Assembly (NCBI GenBank): GCA_963803155.1
Contig: CAWDMN010000011.1
Span: 32,264-96,263 of the forward strand
From: an uncultured Acidobacteriota bacterium
GTDB taxonomy: Bacteria; Acidobacteriota; Terriglobia; Versatilivoradales; Versatilivoraceae
Direction: 5' to 3'
DNA: 64,000 nt
The notes under the pieces are model-generated. The model had not been told where the DNA came from. It ran no database searches and saw only the letters and a list, made by a program, of their open reading frames with translations. This document shows positions 28,495-39,025 of the stretch, in pieces. The stretch's first letter is position 1; each line of letters begins with the position of its first letter. The position numbers and the translations under genes are program-made.

Positions 28495-30660
28495 TTATTC
28501 CAACTCAATCACGGCCAGTCCGTAGATGTTGACTTGATCGGCGCTAAAGCCGATTTTCCCACTTCCTATTGGCTGAAAGCTCACCTTTTTCAGGACAGTC
28601 AGGTCTCCACAATACTGCACGGTTTTGACTTTCTTGCCAGTTGGCAAGACTGCTTCCACATTCAAGTTTTTAGCCGGAGTAATAGTGCCATCCAGCGTGA
28701 CATCATAATTCACCAGATGCACCAGCATCCGGCTTTGATCCCGCGAAAGCATGGAGGTCAGTTCAACTAACGGAGCTTGCCCTGCCAGGCGCGTTACCTG
28801 TCCTCGCAGCAGGCTCAGCGATTGATCAACCAACTTTTCCAAAGCGGCGCGCAACACAGGATCGATCCGATTTCGGGTGTAGCCCTCCGGAATGTCGGCA
28901 AAGAGGTCCGCCATGGTTGGACCGAAGGTAGTGTAATCGCCTTTGGCCTTCATGGGGATCAGGAAACGATTAGCTGGAATGACAAGCGGAAGGAAATGCA
29001 CCTCTCCTTTTTTTATTTTTTGGGAGAGCGCTTGTTTTGGAAAATTCCCCTTTCCCATGGAGGCAGCCAGGGGAACCGGATGTTGCGGCAGGTTGAATTG
29101 GTCCTTCACACCGCATTCGCCCAGTATCAGCAGTTTTCCTCCCTGTTCCACATAACGCAACAAGGCCCTTTGTTTCTCCGCGCTGAGCAGCGGCAGATAG
29201 GGGAGAATCACTAGTTCATATTTTGCCAGATTCCCCTGCAATAGATCGTCTTCCACGATCATGATATGAGAAATTCCCCTGTCGGCAAAGACTCTAGAGG
29301 TACTAAAGGCAAAACTCAATTCATCGGCCAGGTAATGATGGAGAGAGGAAACAATGGCTATATTGCTGTGGAGCTGGCACGTCAACAGCTTTGCCTCATT
29401 CCTGCTTAGAAATTCGTAAATTTGAGTGGCGCCTGGAGGAGTCTCGCGCTTCTCGCGAAAGATGGCATGGTTGGCGTGAGCTTCCGCAATGTTGATCTGC
29501 GCCATGGCACTCAGGCATTTTTCATTGGGATTGGGAAAAATGGGCGGTGTAATTTCCGTGGCATAAATAAGGGTTGGCTTGCCGTGTGTGGCGGCCGCCA
29601 GGAATTTCAAGGCCGGACTGTTCGTGATCTTGACTCCTGCCTCATTTTTGCGGGGAGCACTGTCGAGAAATTCCTGGATCTCGGAATAAATAAAATCCTC
29701 GTATCCCTCCCGGCCCAGCATTTCCATATTTCCGGCGGCATCGTAAGCAATCGGCCCATAGCCAAATCCACCAAACACATTCCCTGAAACCATGAAGTTC
29801 GGATTGTACTGCCGGGCAATTCCGCGCAGGTGCTTGTGATATTCAGCCACGGTGTACCCGCGGAAATTAATCCACTCCATCCAGAATTTCTCACCACGCT
29901 TTTTCGGCAATTCCAGGGTCGCATAATCCGTCGAACCATACTTGGCTTTCCCAATTTCTTTTGGGAGATACTTCTCTAGATAGGCAATAAAATTCCTCCG
30001 GCAGTATTGGCAGTAACAAGTCTCACCAGCGATTTGTGTCCAATCGATATAGGTGCCGTCGATGCCACTTTCCGCCGTGGCCCGAATGCGCCCTTCCATC
30101 ATCCGGACATAATCAGGATTGTTGGGGCAACCCCAGGCTTCAAAGCCGCTGTCGGGCTGCTTCCCATAGGGTGCATAGCGGTAAAAAGGGAACGTTCCAT
30201 CAGCGCGGACCATCATCCAGGTGGTGGGATCTTCCGCTGGCTTGGGGCCGATATAGTCAGAATATTCGTTCCAGTTTTTGTTGTAAAATTTCAGCAGTTC
30301 AATTTGTTCTTTTTTAGGGATATCCTGGTTCGACTCCGACCGTCCATTGATGGAACTGGACATATAGCGCAAAACAACATAGCCCTTCTCGTGCAGGGAG
30401 CGATTGTCAGCCTTGGCTTTTTCCATTTTCGCGTCAAAATCCTTGCGGCTCCCCTGTTCAAAGTTGGGGGCGCCCTGCCCGAATGTAATGGTCATGTGAT
30501 TCTTCTGAAGAAATTCGAGGTCGGCTTTTTGCCCCAGCCGCCAGTGTCCCCAATCGGTGCTGGGTTTCCATTCTGGAACTGCCTGAGAAAGCGCCAGCTG
30601 CGTCAAGCCAAGATACAAAAACATTCCCCGCGCGATGCGAACAATTCGAATGAAATTCAT
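28495..30660 (-). CDS. Secreted putative glycoside hydrolase-like TIM-barrel protein with a C-terminal region resembling a GH42-type trimerisation/amidotransferase-like domain
   Basis: 721 aa from MNFIRIVRIARGMFLYLGLTQLALSQA. Motif GIDGTYIDW is shared with the gene at 18897. Region LVILPYLPLLSAEKQRALLRYVEQGGKLLILGE. Confidence 0.45.
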   Translation of the reverse strand: MNFIRIVRIARGMFLYLGLTQLALSQAVPEWKPSTDWGHWRLGQKADLEFLQKNHMTITFGQGAPNFEQGSRKDFDAKMEKAKADNRSLHEKGYVVLRYMSSSINGRSESNQDIPKKEQIELLKFYNKNWNEYSDYIGPKPAEDPTTWMMVRADGTFPFYRYAPYGKQPDSGFEAWGCPNNPDYVRMMEGRIRATAESGIDGTYIDWTQIAGETCYCQYCRRNFIAYLEKYLPKEIGKAKYGSTDYATLELPKKRGEKFWMEWINFRGYTVAEYHKHLRGIARQYNPNFMVSGNVFGGFGYGPIAYDAAGNMEMLGREGYEDFIYSEIQEFLDSAPRKNEAGVKITNSPALKFLAAATHGKPTLIYATEITPPIFPNPNEKCLSAMAQINIAEAHANHAIFREKRETPPGATQIYEFLSRNEAKLLTCQLHSNIAIVSSLHHYLADELSFAFSTSRVFADRGISHIMIVEDDLLQGNLAKYELVILPYLPLLSAEKQRALLRYVEQGGKLLILGECGVKDQFNLPQHPVPLAASMGKGNFPKQALSQKIKKGEVHFLPLVIPANRFLIPMKAKGDYTTFGPTMADLFADIPEGYTRNRIDPVLRAALEKLVDQSLSLLRGQVTRLAGQAPLVELTSMLSRDQSRMLVHLVNYDVTLDGTITPAKNLNVEAVLPTGKKVKTVQYCGDLTVLKKVSFQPIGSGKIGFSADQVNIYGLAVIELE

Positions 30661-31698
30661 GACTTTACCTCGTCGTGCCTGCTCAAAAAAGTTGGTAAAT
30701 ATGTTGATGGGAAATTGGGCGGAACGGTTGAAACTTGTTACTCCCTCGGGTTCCGAACCTCTCAATCAGCCCCGCTGCCGATGTGAGAAAATACGACTTT
30801 TCTTATTCCAAGCCGATATCATTTTTTTTCCGCAAGGCATTAACGAAAATCCCTCTCGGAAATTTATTGGGCAGCCCTATTTTCCCCTGCGCGAGAGCTG
30901 GGGCCACCATTGTTTAATCCGATCAAATCTGGAAAATTCCTGGATCGAAAAGGTGCCTCTCTCTAATTTCTTTTGATGACAAAGGGCAAAAAGGGAAGAA
31001 ACTATATTAGCTATCTAACCAAAGAATAAGTCAATAATAAAAAGCAAAAGCGTTGCAAATGAAAGCATCGCTCCCTAAAATGAAGCTTGTGCTCGTATAT
31101 ACGGGAGCCATGCAGCATTTTTAATTGTAGAGCTCGAACTCATTGCACAGTTCCGCGCCGCGGATTTGCGGCATTTGGAGGCGGGATGCCCTCATTCCGC
31201 TCTGTGTCAATGTTGCTTGACAAGTGCCGTAAGGAGGGCGCGATGCCTTTACGTTCGAGGGGGACAAGCCCATCCGGCCAGCGATGACGAAAGTTGCGGA
31301 GTTGCTGAGATGACTCAGAACTGCACGCCGTCATAGATTGCCGCATGGGAGGGATTTTCAACAGAATCAAACCTCTGACCCTTCGGCTCGGAGTTGCCAA
31401 CAGAACCAGGTATAAGTTATTCCAAGGAGCGTTCAAGATGAGACTAATCCATCCACGATTGATTTGAAGTATAAACTCATCATACAGGTTCCCGCTCGCA
31501 CTTCGACAAGCTCAGTACGAGCGGAGGTTGGAATGCCGCTCATCCTGAGCCTGTCGAAGGATGAGCGAAATCAGGGGATGGACTCCCTGTGGTGGATCGA
31601 AGCAACAGACTCATCATGAAAGCTCATTGGAATTAGAGTTGATGCAAATTATTCATCCAGTTTTTGGGCGTAGCATCAACAGCGGACCAGGAGAGAAA

Positions 31699-33123
31699 AT
31701 GCGCAGGTTATCTATCACCACTATTATTCTTTGTTGTCTCATCTTTGCCGGATGTGGAGAACGCCAACTATCGCAACCTGATCGGACTTCCCAACAGATG
31801 CTCAGCTACATTAAGACCATAAAAAAGGTCGACACCCATGAGCATCTCCTTCCCAACAACGGTTTTTTCATCTATGCGCCCGGGGATTACGATCAGGGGA
31901 AAACCAATTTCTATCATGTGGCGTGCCGCGGTTATCTGGGTGCTGATCTCGTCTCCGCCGGAGCGCCCGCCAAATGGGATACGGAGAAGTTGAATCTGGG
32001 GAATCTGGACGAGCTGTGGGATTTATACGGCAAGTATCTTCCCTATGCTCGCACCACCAGCTATTACCATCAGTTGCGCGAAGGATTCCGGGTACTGTAT
32101 GGATTCAATGATATGTATTTCACCCCGGATAACATCAGGCAACTCTCCCGTCAGCTCTCCTCCAATTATGCCGATTTCCCTAAATGGTTCGATACTGCAT
32201 TCCAGAAAGCTGGTTTTGCGCTCATGTTTCTCGACCAATGGTGGAACCAGTTCAATGTGAACATAGACACTCAGCATTTTGCGTTGGTATTCCGAGTGGA
32301 CAACATGGTGGATTACTCCATCCTCCGAAGCCGCTATGAAAAGGCTAAATCCGGAGATGCGAACAACAACCCTTTCCTATTGGCTCGCCAGTGGAACATG
32401 CCAGTCAAGACTCTTAAAGATTATCTGGCGGTCTGTGAGCGCTGTTTCAAGATGAATGTGGAACATCATGCCGTAGCGATTAAGATCGGACCTGCCTACA
32501 CCCGGACTTTGGATATTGAAGAGGTGCCGTCGAGCGAGGCGGAATCCCTCTATCTCAAGTCGGCGGAGTCCATGACTCCTCTGGAGAAAAAATGGCTCCA
32601 GGATTTTATGTTTCATTGGGTGGTGAAGACTGCGGCGGCCAACGATTTGCCTGTGCAGATCCACACCGGTTATCTGGCCGGCAACTACCGTTCTGAAGAC
32701 AACGCCAATCCCATGAAGCTGAATTCATTTATCCTGGCGCACCCGGAAGCTAAGTTTGTGCTCTTTCATGGGGGCTTCCCGTGGTATGGCACTATTGCGG
32801 CTTTGGCCAAGAACATTCCAAACGTTTATGTGGATATGGTTTGGTTGCCACAAATTTCCCGGGAGACGGCGGTCAATGCGCTTCAACAATGGCTGGACTG
32901 TGTGCCCTATAACAAGATGTTCTGCGGTTGGGATGGCCATCACATCGAAGAGAGCGTCGGGGGGATGGCGGTCACGGAAAGCGTGGTGGCGGAGGTTTTG
33001 GCTGACCGGATCAACAAGGGCCGCCTCACCATGGATGCGGCCAAGGAAATTGCGCGCGCAATTTTTAGGGAGAATGCAATCCGGGAATTCAAACTTGAAA
33101 GCAAGCTGGGCTGGAAAATATAA
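31699..33123 (+). CDS. Amidohydrolase-2 family (metal-dependent TIM-barrel hydrolase) lipoprotein
   Basis: 474 aa from MRRLSITTIILCCLIFAGCG (lipobox LIFAGC). Metal motif VDTHEHLLP plus later His/Asp residues. Confidence 0.5.
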   Translation: MRRLSITTIILCCLIFAGCGERQLSQPDRTSQQMLSYIKTIKKVDTHEHLLPNNGFFIYAPGDYDQGKTNFYHVACRGYLGADLVSAGAPAKWDTEKLNLGNLDELWDLYGKYLPYARTTSYYHQLREGFRVLYGFNDMYFTPDNIRQLSRQLSSNYADFPKWFDTAFQKAGFALMFLDQWWNQFNVNIDTQHFALVFRVDNMVDYSILRSRYEKAKSGDANNNPFLLARQWNMPVKTLKDYLAVCERCFKMNVEHHAVAIKIGPAYTRTLDIEEVPSSEAESLYLKSAESMTPLEKKWLQDFMFHWVVKTAAANDLPVQIHTGYLAGNYRSEDNANPMKLNSFILAHPEAKFVLFHGGFPWYGTIAALAKNIPNVYVDMVWLPQISRETAVNALQQWLDCVPYNKMFCGWDGHHIEESVGGMAVTESVVAEVLADRINKGRLTMDAAKEIARAIFRENAIREFKLESKLGWKI

Positions 33124-33194
33124 AATCCCCTGGATGGAATTGAATGGATCACTGGCATGATCCCACGCCAGTGATCCAGATCCTGAGAGGGGGG

Positions 33195-36100
33195 TCAAAA
33201 TTGCAATTTCATCCCCAACTGAATGTTCCGCGGATTGCTAACCTGGCCATTCCACATCCCGAAGGAAGTCCCCGAGACATCCGTGTCGAAGTTTTGGAAA
33301 CCGCTGCCCATGCCGGTTTCCCCGCCTGGGCTGGTGAAACTGTGCCAGTTCCAGATGTTAAATAGTTCCGCCCGGAATTGCAGATTGATCCGTTCGCTCA
33401 GCCGGGTGTTCTTCAAAAGGGTCAAGTCGTGGTTATGATAACCAAAGCCACGCAAGTCTGAAATCCTCGGGCCTTTTCCCCAGTAAAAGTTGAAGGATTC
33501 AGGAGATTCAAAGGCAGCCGAATTGAAGAGCGGTTTCTCGGAGTCAAAATTGCCCTTGTCCTGAGCCCAAGGATTCGCCCCCTGGAGAATCGCGGGTATG
33601 CAGGCAGCGCGAAATTCTCCCGGAACATTGCAGGTCCCAGAACGGAAGAAGATGGGCACTCCGCCAGTCAAGCGGAATATATTGCTCATTTGCCAACCGC
33701 CCAAGATTTTGTTGGCGATTCCGCCCCGGTTCAAAAACCGTTTGCCCACGCCAAAAGGCAAGTCGTAAACCATCGACACCGTCAAAGCTTGGGGAATGTC
33801 ATTCAGAGCTAGTCCCTTGTTGCGATGCCTTTCATAAGGATTGATCACGCCATGGGATCCCGTCCAAGTAGTAGCGTCCATCTGCACCCCTTCTGATGTG
33901 GTGATTAACTTGGAGATCGTGTAGGAACCCAGCAAGTACATTCCTTTTGTCATCCGGTGCTCCACTTTCAACTGGAAAGAATGATAAGTGGAATTTCCGG
34001 CATTTTCATTTTGGCCCTGCAAGCTACTGCAATATTGGGGATAGGGCAGAAGCGCCTGGGCAACGGTGGGAATGCAGTCCTGCATTTGTTCCCGCCAGCC
34101 CGGATAGGGGATAGGAACACCATAGAGTTCGGTTTGTCCCTCTTGAAACTCCGCATACAGCTTGTTTCCCAGCGACAGGTATTTGGGATCCAAGGCATTC
34201 AGCGGCACTTCCCGCGAAGGCAGCCGGGTCCCCTTGTTGGCCACGTAAGAGGCATTGACGATCAGATTCTGGGTGAATTGCCTCTCAATCGTCAAATTCC
34301 ATTGTTGCGAATAGGGCAGGCGATTGGCGTCGAGAGGCCGGTAATTGAGGGAAGAACCGTTGCGGAACGAAGAATCCAGGAAGGGTGGTTTCTGGGAGGG
34401 ATCGATGGCAGGGAATCCATCCTGCAACAGAAAGGCTGGGGTGTATCCGTCCTGCGTGCTGGAGAAGGCAATGCCGGCGTTGAATCCATCCTGTGCTACT
34501 CCTCCATTCCATCCCGGGTAGATTGGAGCGGAAAAAAAGATGCCATATCCGGCCCGCACAACGGTCTTAGGGTTGATGGAATACGCAAATCCCACACGGG
34601 GGGCGAATCCTTTCTTGTAGAGGTTTTCGGGATATCGCTTGCCATAACTGGCGGCTCCCCAATTTGTTCCCGCAAAGGCCAACCGTCCTGGGCGGTTCCC
34701 GGCTGTCGGATTGGCCCCATTCGGATCCAGGAATGAAAGGTAATCGAATTTTTCCACGGGGGGCTTGAACATGTCCCACCGAATCCCCAAATCTACGCTC
34801 AACTTGGGTGTGACCTTGTAATTGTCTCCAAAATGAAAATTGTAGGCGCTGGAACGCGGGTGTTGGGATGTGATGGTGTTCAAGCTATAGCTTGCATAAG
34901 ACACCTGCCCCAAAAGGAAACTGGCCATGGAGTTGCCGCTGGTGAATTCATTCAGTCCTGTGCCAACGCGGCTGAAGTTCAACGTCCCCGATTCGTCCGC
35001 ATAGTTAGTGGAGTTATTGGCGTGCTTGCGGATTTCGCCGCCCATTTTAAACGTGTGTTTGCCGCGAACCCAGGTCAAAAGGTCATTGGCAATCCAGACC
35101 GGACGTGAATCAGTTCCCACGGCATTGTTCCCGAACCCTGCATAGTCGTCAAAATTAACAACGGGAGTCTCGGTGTAATTTGGGGCCCCGGGAATTTGAG
35201 GAATGACATTGGCATAAGGCCTGGCATAAGGCCATTGTGCCGTGTGGGTGTTCAGGTAACCAATGGCAAAATGATTCAAGAGGGTCGGGCTGAAGGTGTG
35301 GGTCCAGTTGGCCCGGTTGACGAAACTGAAATTCGTATAATACGGTTGCTCCGTGGATAATTGGGGAGGCAGGAGCGAAACCTGCGACGGTTTGGAGCCG
35401 CGATAATTGACGCTGACGTAAAAATGGTCCCGGTCCCGCCAGTACTGGTCGACACGAATATTAATCAAGGTGGAATCGGCAAAAACAGTGTCGGGGATTG
35501 GTTCCGGCACGAGGTAATTGTTGCGGACTCCCGGCAGATTAGGATCAGGCAGAAACGAGAGCCATTTTTGAGCCAGGGGATTTTGCAGCCTCGGGTCTGT
35601 CCGGCAGATCACATTCGCGGTCTTCCCGTCACATCCCATGAATTGATCGCGCAGATAATGCAGGTTGTCCTGGCTCGGCGGAAGATCAGGATTGTAGTTG
35701 GGGTTGAGCCGGGTGGAGGTTGGATCGTAAATTGGAATCAGGTTTCCATCACTATCCACCCAATCGCTAAAATCCCCCTGCCGCTCTTGCATGGTGGGAA
35801 TGGTAAGACGTGGTTTGTTCACTCCGCCGCGGATCTTGAATCCTTCGTAGTTGAAAAAAAAGTACGTTTTTTTTCTGTTCGTGTCGAAAATTTTGGGGAC
35901 TTTGACTGGACCACCCAAGCTGCCCCCAAAGTCGTTTTCAATGTCTTTGGGGCGTTCCTCCCGCGGAATACCGAATTGGCGGGCATTCAAAACCGTGTTT
36001 CGATGAAACTCATAAACGGACCCATGAAAATCCTTGGACCCGGATTTGGTTTCCGCCGTGATCACCGCGGAGGTGGTGGCTCCGTATTGCGGTTCATAAT

Positions 36101-36797
36101 TGGAAGTCAGGACGCTCACTTCACTAACCGCTTCAGGAGACCATGGATAATCCGCGAAAGCAGAAATCATGCCCGTGTTCCCATTCAAGCCCTGCGTAAG
36201 GGATACACCATCCAGGACCGCTTCGTCCCCGGAGGATAGCCCGCCGTTAATCCTCGTGCTGTAAGGATTCTGGCCGGCCCCGGTATTGACTCCCGGCATG
36301 AGCGTGACAAAGGCGGCGGCGGAACGGATAGCCCCTCCTACAATCAAAGGCAACTCTTGGATTACCTCGGGAGCAATGCCCGATTGAACTGTGGGGGTAT
36401 CGTAATTAAGCGGAGATACGTCGGCTTGGACTTCAATGGTTTGTTGGGTTGCTCCTACTTCCAATTTGAGGTCCATGCGAGTGACCGCATTCATCTTCAG
36501 TTCAATCCCTTTTTGGAGGTATTCCCGGAATCCTTGGCCAACCGCCTTCAGTTCGTAAAAACCAGTTGCTAGATTTAGAAAGGCGAATTTGCCATCCGCG
36601 CCTGTGGTCTGCTTTGCGACCGCCTTGGTGTCCACGGCCGTGAGCGTGACTTCTACATTGGGAATCGTCGCCCCGCTGGGGTCTGTCACCGTTCCGCGAA
36701 TCGAAGCATTAAAGCTTTGTGCTTCCAGCTGAACTGGAATTAAAAAAGATGCCATTAACACTCCAAAAACGATCCCTTTAAGTTTTCCGATCTTCAT
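33195..36797 (-). CDS. TonB-dependent receptor-like outer-membrane protein with an N-terminal carboxypeptidase-regulatory-like (CarboxypepD_reg) domain
   Basis: 1200 aa from MKIGKLKGIVFGVLMASFLIPVQLEAQS. The GTVTDPSGATIPNVEVTL CarboxypepD_reg pattern, a beta-barrel-rich body and a C-terminal aromatic end (...GMKLQF) are typical of Acidobacteria TonB-dependent receptors. Confidence 0.8.
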   Translation of the reverse strand: MKIGKLKGIVFGVLMASFLIPVQLEAQSFNASIRGTVTDPSGATIPNVEVTLTAVDTKAVAKQTTGADGKFAFLNLATGFYELKAVGQGFREYLQKGIELKMNAVTRMDLKLEVGATQQTIEVQADVSPLNYDTPTVQSGIAPEVIQELPLIVGGAIRSAAAFVTLMPGVNTGAGQNPYSTRINGGLSSGDEAVLDGVSLTQGLNGNTGMISAFADYPWSPEAVSEVSVLTSNYEPQYGATTSAVITAETKSGSKDFHGSVYEFHRNTVLNARQFGIPREERPKDIENDFGGSLGGPVKVPKIFDTNRKKTYFFFNYEGFKIRGGVNKPRLTIPTMQERQGDFSDWVDSDGNLIPIYDPTSTRLNPNYNPDLPPSQDNLHYLRDQFMGCDGKTANVICRTDPRLQNPLAQKWLSFLPDPNLPGVRNNYLVPEPIPDTVFADSTLINIRVDQYWRDRDHFYVSVNYRGSKPSQVSLLPPQLSTEQPYYTNFSFVNRANWTHTFSPTLLNHFAIGYLNTHTAQWPYARPYANVIPQIPGAPNYTETPVVNFDDYAGFGNNAVGTDSRPVWIANDLLTWVRGKHTFKMGGEIRKHANNSTNYADESGTLNFSRVGTGLNEFTSGNSMASFLLGQVSYASYSLNTITSQHPRSSAYNFHFGDNYKVTPKLSVDLGIRWDMFKPPVEKFDYLSFLDPNGANPTAGNRPGRLAFAGTNWGAASYGKRYPENLYKKGFAPRVGFAYSINPKTVVRAGYGIFFSAPIYPGWNGGVAQDGFNAGIAFSSTQDGYTPAFLLQDGFPAIDPSQKPPFLDSSFRNGSSLNYRPLDANRLPYSQQWNLTIERQFTQNLIVNASYVANKGTRLPSREVPLNALDPKYLSLGNKLYAEFQEGQTELYGVPIPYPGWREQMQDCIPTVAQALLPYPQYCSSLQGQNENAGNSTYHSFQLKVEHRMTKGMYLLGSYTISKLITTSEGVQMDATTWTGSHGVINPYERHRNKGLALNDIPQALTVSMVYDLPFGVGKRFLNRGGIANKILGGWQMSNIFRLTGGVPIFFRSGTCNVPGEFRAACIPAILQGANPWAQDKGNFDSEKPLFNSAAFESPESFNFYWGKGPRISDLRGFGYHNHDLTLLKNTRLSERINLQFRAELFNIWNWHSFTSPGGETGMGSGFQNFDTDVSGTSFGMWNGQVSNPRNIQLGMKLQF

Positions 36798-37406
36798 TCC
36801 TCTCTCCTTTCGTCCCGACTTTGGACTTAATGTTAAAGTGGAAGAATTGGCCCTCAAGGAATACTTGAGGAATCAGTCCCAATATGCAGGTCCGGTCAAA
36901 TAACAAATGGAAAAAAGAGTCGACCGACTAAAAAATTTAGTTATAGAACTATGTTAGATAAAAAAAGATATAATAAGCAAGAATAAATTAATTCCTTCTT
37001 TTTAAAACTAAGTCAGAATCGACATCCAATAGGAATACACTAATTGCCAGCGTGTGCAGTTGCTGGATATCTGGAAATATTCCTCTTTCCATTCCTGGAG
37101 CTGGCTGAGTTTCCTCAATCCACTGCTGCTTGCATGAGGTAGAATCAACGCCGACAAAGCATCAAATTTCAGAATGCGTTTTGCTGAGTCGCTTGAACTA
37201 TTGTGCACGACATGTTTTAGCTCTTTTTTTTACTTCTAATATGTTCCTTTTTTCAGCCCACCCTTGCGGGCTTCCCGCCATTTTGGTAGTCTTTCCATTC
37301 AACTGCGGGATTGTTTCATTGGGTCGCCATGGGCAGGAAACAGATCCGCCAATTGAATTTCAGTTGGAGCCAACAAGCTATTCCACAAAACAGCAAGGAG
37401 CAGCGC

Positions 37407-38945
37407 ATGAATTATTTTCTTGGAGTGGACATTGGAACTACCGGCACGCGGGCTGTCTTGATGGATGCCGCGGGAAAGGTGGCCGGCGGACAATCGGCGG
37501 AACATGATCCCATTAGTACCCCTTTTCCACAATGGGCGGAGCAGGATCCGGAAAACTGGTGGATGGCTGTCCAGCAGGCGATTGGCAAGGTGCTGCAGAG
37601 CACAGGAGTAGGTGGAAGCGCGGTGAAGGGGATTGGCCTCTCGGGCCAGATGCACGGATTGGTACTTTTGGACAAAGACCACAAAATTCTGCGTCCCTCG
37701 ATCATCTGGTGTGACCAGCGTTGTCAGGCCGAAGCCGACCTGATTACACGAACAGTCACTTATGACAAGATGATTGATGTCACCTGCAATCCGGCATTGA
37801 CCGGGTTTACGGCAGCCAAGCTCATCTGGGTGCGAGAGCACGAGCCTGAAATCTTTAGCCGGATTCATAAAGTGCTTCTCCCCAAAGATTACATTCGATT
37901 TCGTCTGACCGGTGAATTTGCCTATGAAGTTTCCGATGCTTCCGGAACCAGTCTTTTTGATGTGGTGAATCGCAGATGGGCCACCGGCATCATGAAGCTG
38001 TTGAATGTGAATCCTGATTGGTTCCCGGTTGTGCGTGAATCCATTCTAGAGTCGGGCCGAATTACCGCGGGAGTGGCGCGGGAAACGGGCTTGTTGGAAG
38101 GAACGCCGGTGGTAGGCGGAGGCGGCGACCAAGCCTCCGGCGGCGTGGGCAACGGGATTGTGGAGCCGGGCATCGTCTCCAGCACCATCGGAACTTCAGG
38201 TGTAGTCTTCGCCTTCATGGACAAACCGGCCCGGGATCAGCGTGGCCGGGTGCATACCTTTTGTCACGCCGTCCCGCAAAAATGGCATGTAATGGGAGTT
38301 ACGCAGGGCGCCGGGCTTTCATTGCGCTGGTTTCGAGACCAATTCGGCGGCCAGGAAGTCGGCTTGAGCCAATTCTTGAAACAGGACAGTTATGAGTTGC
38401 TGACTCGTGAAGCGGCCCAGGCTAAACCCGGTTGTGAAGGATTGATTTTCCTGCCTTACATGATGGGTGAAAGAACGCCCCATTTGGATGCAAATGCCAA
38501 AGGGGTCCTTTTTGGATTGACCGGGCGCCACACCCGAATGGATGTGGTCCGGGCCATTCTTGAAGGTGTTGCCTATAGTTTGAAGGACTCTTTTGAGATC
38601 TTCAAAGAAATGGATGTGCCGGTCGCGCAGGTGCGGGCTTCGGGCGGAGGCGGCAAAAGCGCGCTTTGGCGCCAGATTCAGGCGGATATCTTCGATACTC
38701 CCATCTGCACCGTAGCTGCCGATGAAGGAGCGGCTTTCGGTGCGGCAATCATGGCTGCCGTTGGCTGCGGCGCATTCAGCACCGTGGCGGAAGCTTGCAG
38801 ACAGGCGATCAGCCTGACCAACTTCACCAATCCCATCCCGGAGAACCGGGCACGGTACCAACAGTTTTACCAAGTGTATCGTTCCCTCTACGGTGCTCTA
38901 AAACCCTACTATGATCAGGTAACGGGGATTGTGCAACAGGGATGA
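37407..38945 (+). CDS. xylB: Xylulokinase / FGGY-family carbohydrate kinase
   Basis: 512 aa from MNYFLGVDIGTTGTRAV. FGGY motifs present. AAGGAG ribosome-binding site. Confidence 0.85.
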   Translation: MNYFLGVDIGTTGTRAVLMDAAGKVAGGQSAEHDPISTPFPQWAEQDPENWWMAVQQAIGKVLQSTGVGGSAVKGIGLSGQMHGLVLLDKDHKILRPSIIWCDQRCQAEADLITRTVTYDKMIDVTCNPALTGFTAAKLIWVREHEPEIFSRIHKVLLPKDYIRFRLTGEFAYEVSDASGTSLFDVVNRRWATGIMKLLNVNPDWFPVVRESILESGRITAGVARETGLLEGTPVVGGGGDQASGGVGNGIVEPGIVSSTIGTSGVVFAFMDKPARDQRGRVHTFCHAVPQKWHVMGVTQGAGLSLRWFRDQFGGQEVGLSQFLKQDSYELLTREAAQAKPGCEGLIFLPYMMGERTPHLDANAKGVLFGLTGRHTRMDVVRAILEGVAYSLKDSFEIFKEMDVPVAQVRASGGGGKSALWRQIQADIFDTPICTVAADEGAAFGAAIMAAVGCGAFSTVAEACRQAISLTNFTNPIPENRARYQQFYQVYRSLYGALKPYYDQVTGIVQQG

Positions 38946-39025
38946 AAAGCCGATTGTGGCGGAATGCAGATTTCGCTCGTTTACAAAGCATGCCCCCTTT
39001 GGAAGGCGCGTCCCGGGAAGGAGGA

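Noticed and set aside
33957-36239. Two + ORFs of 259 and 292 aa
   Set aside because: Both lie inside and antisense to the 1200-aa TonB-dependent receptor gene and have no motifs.
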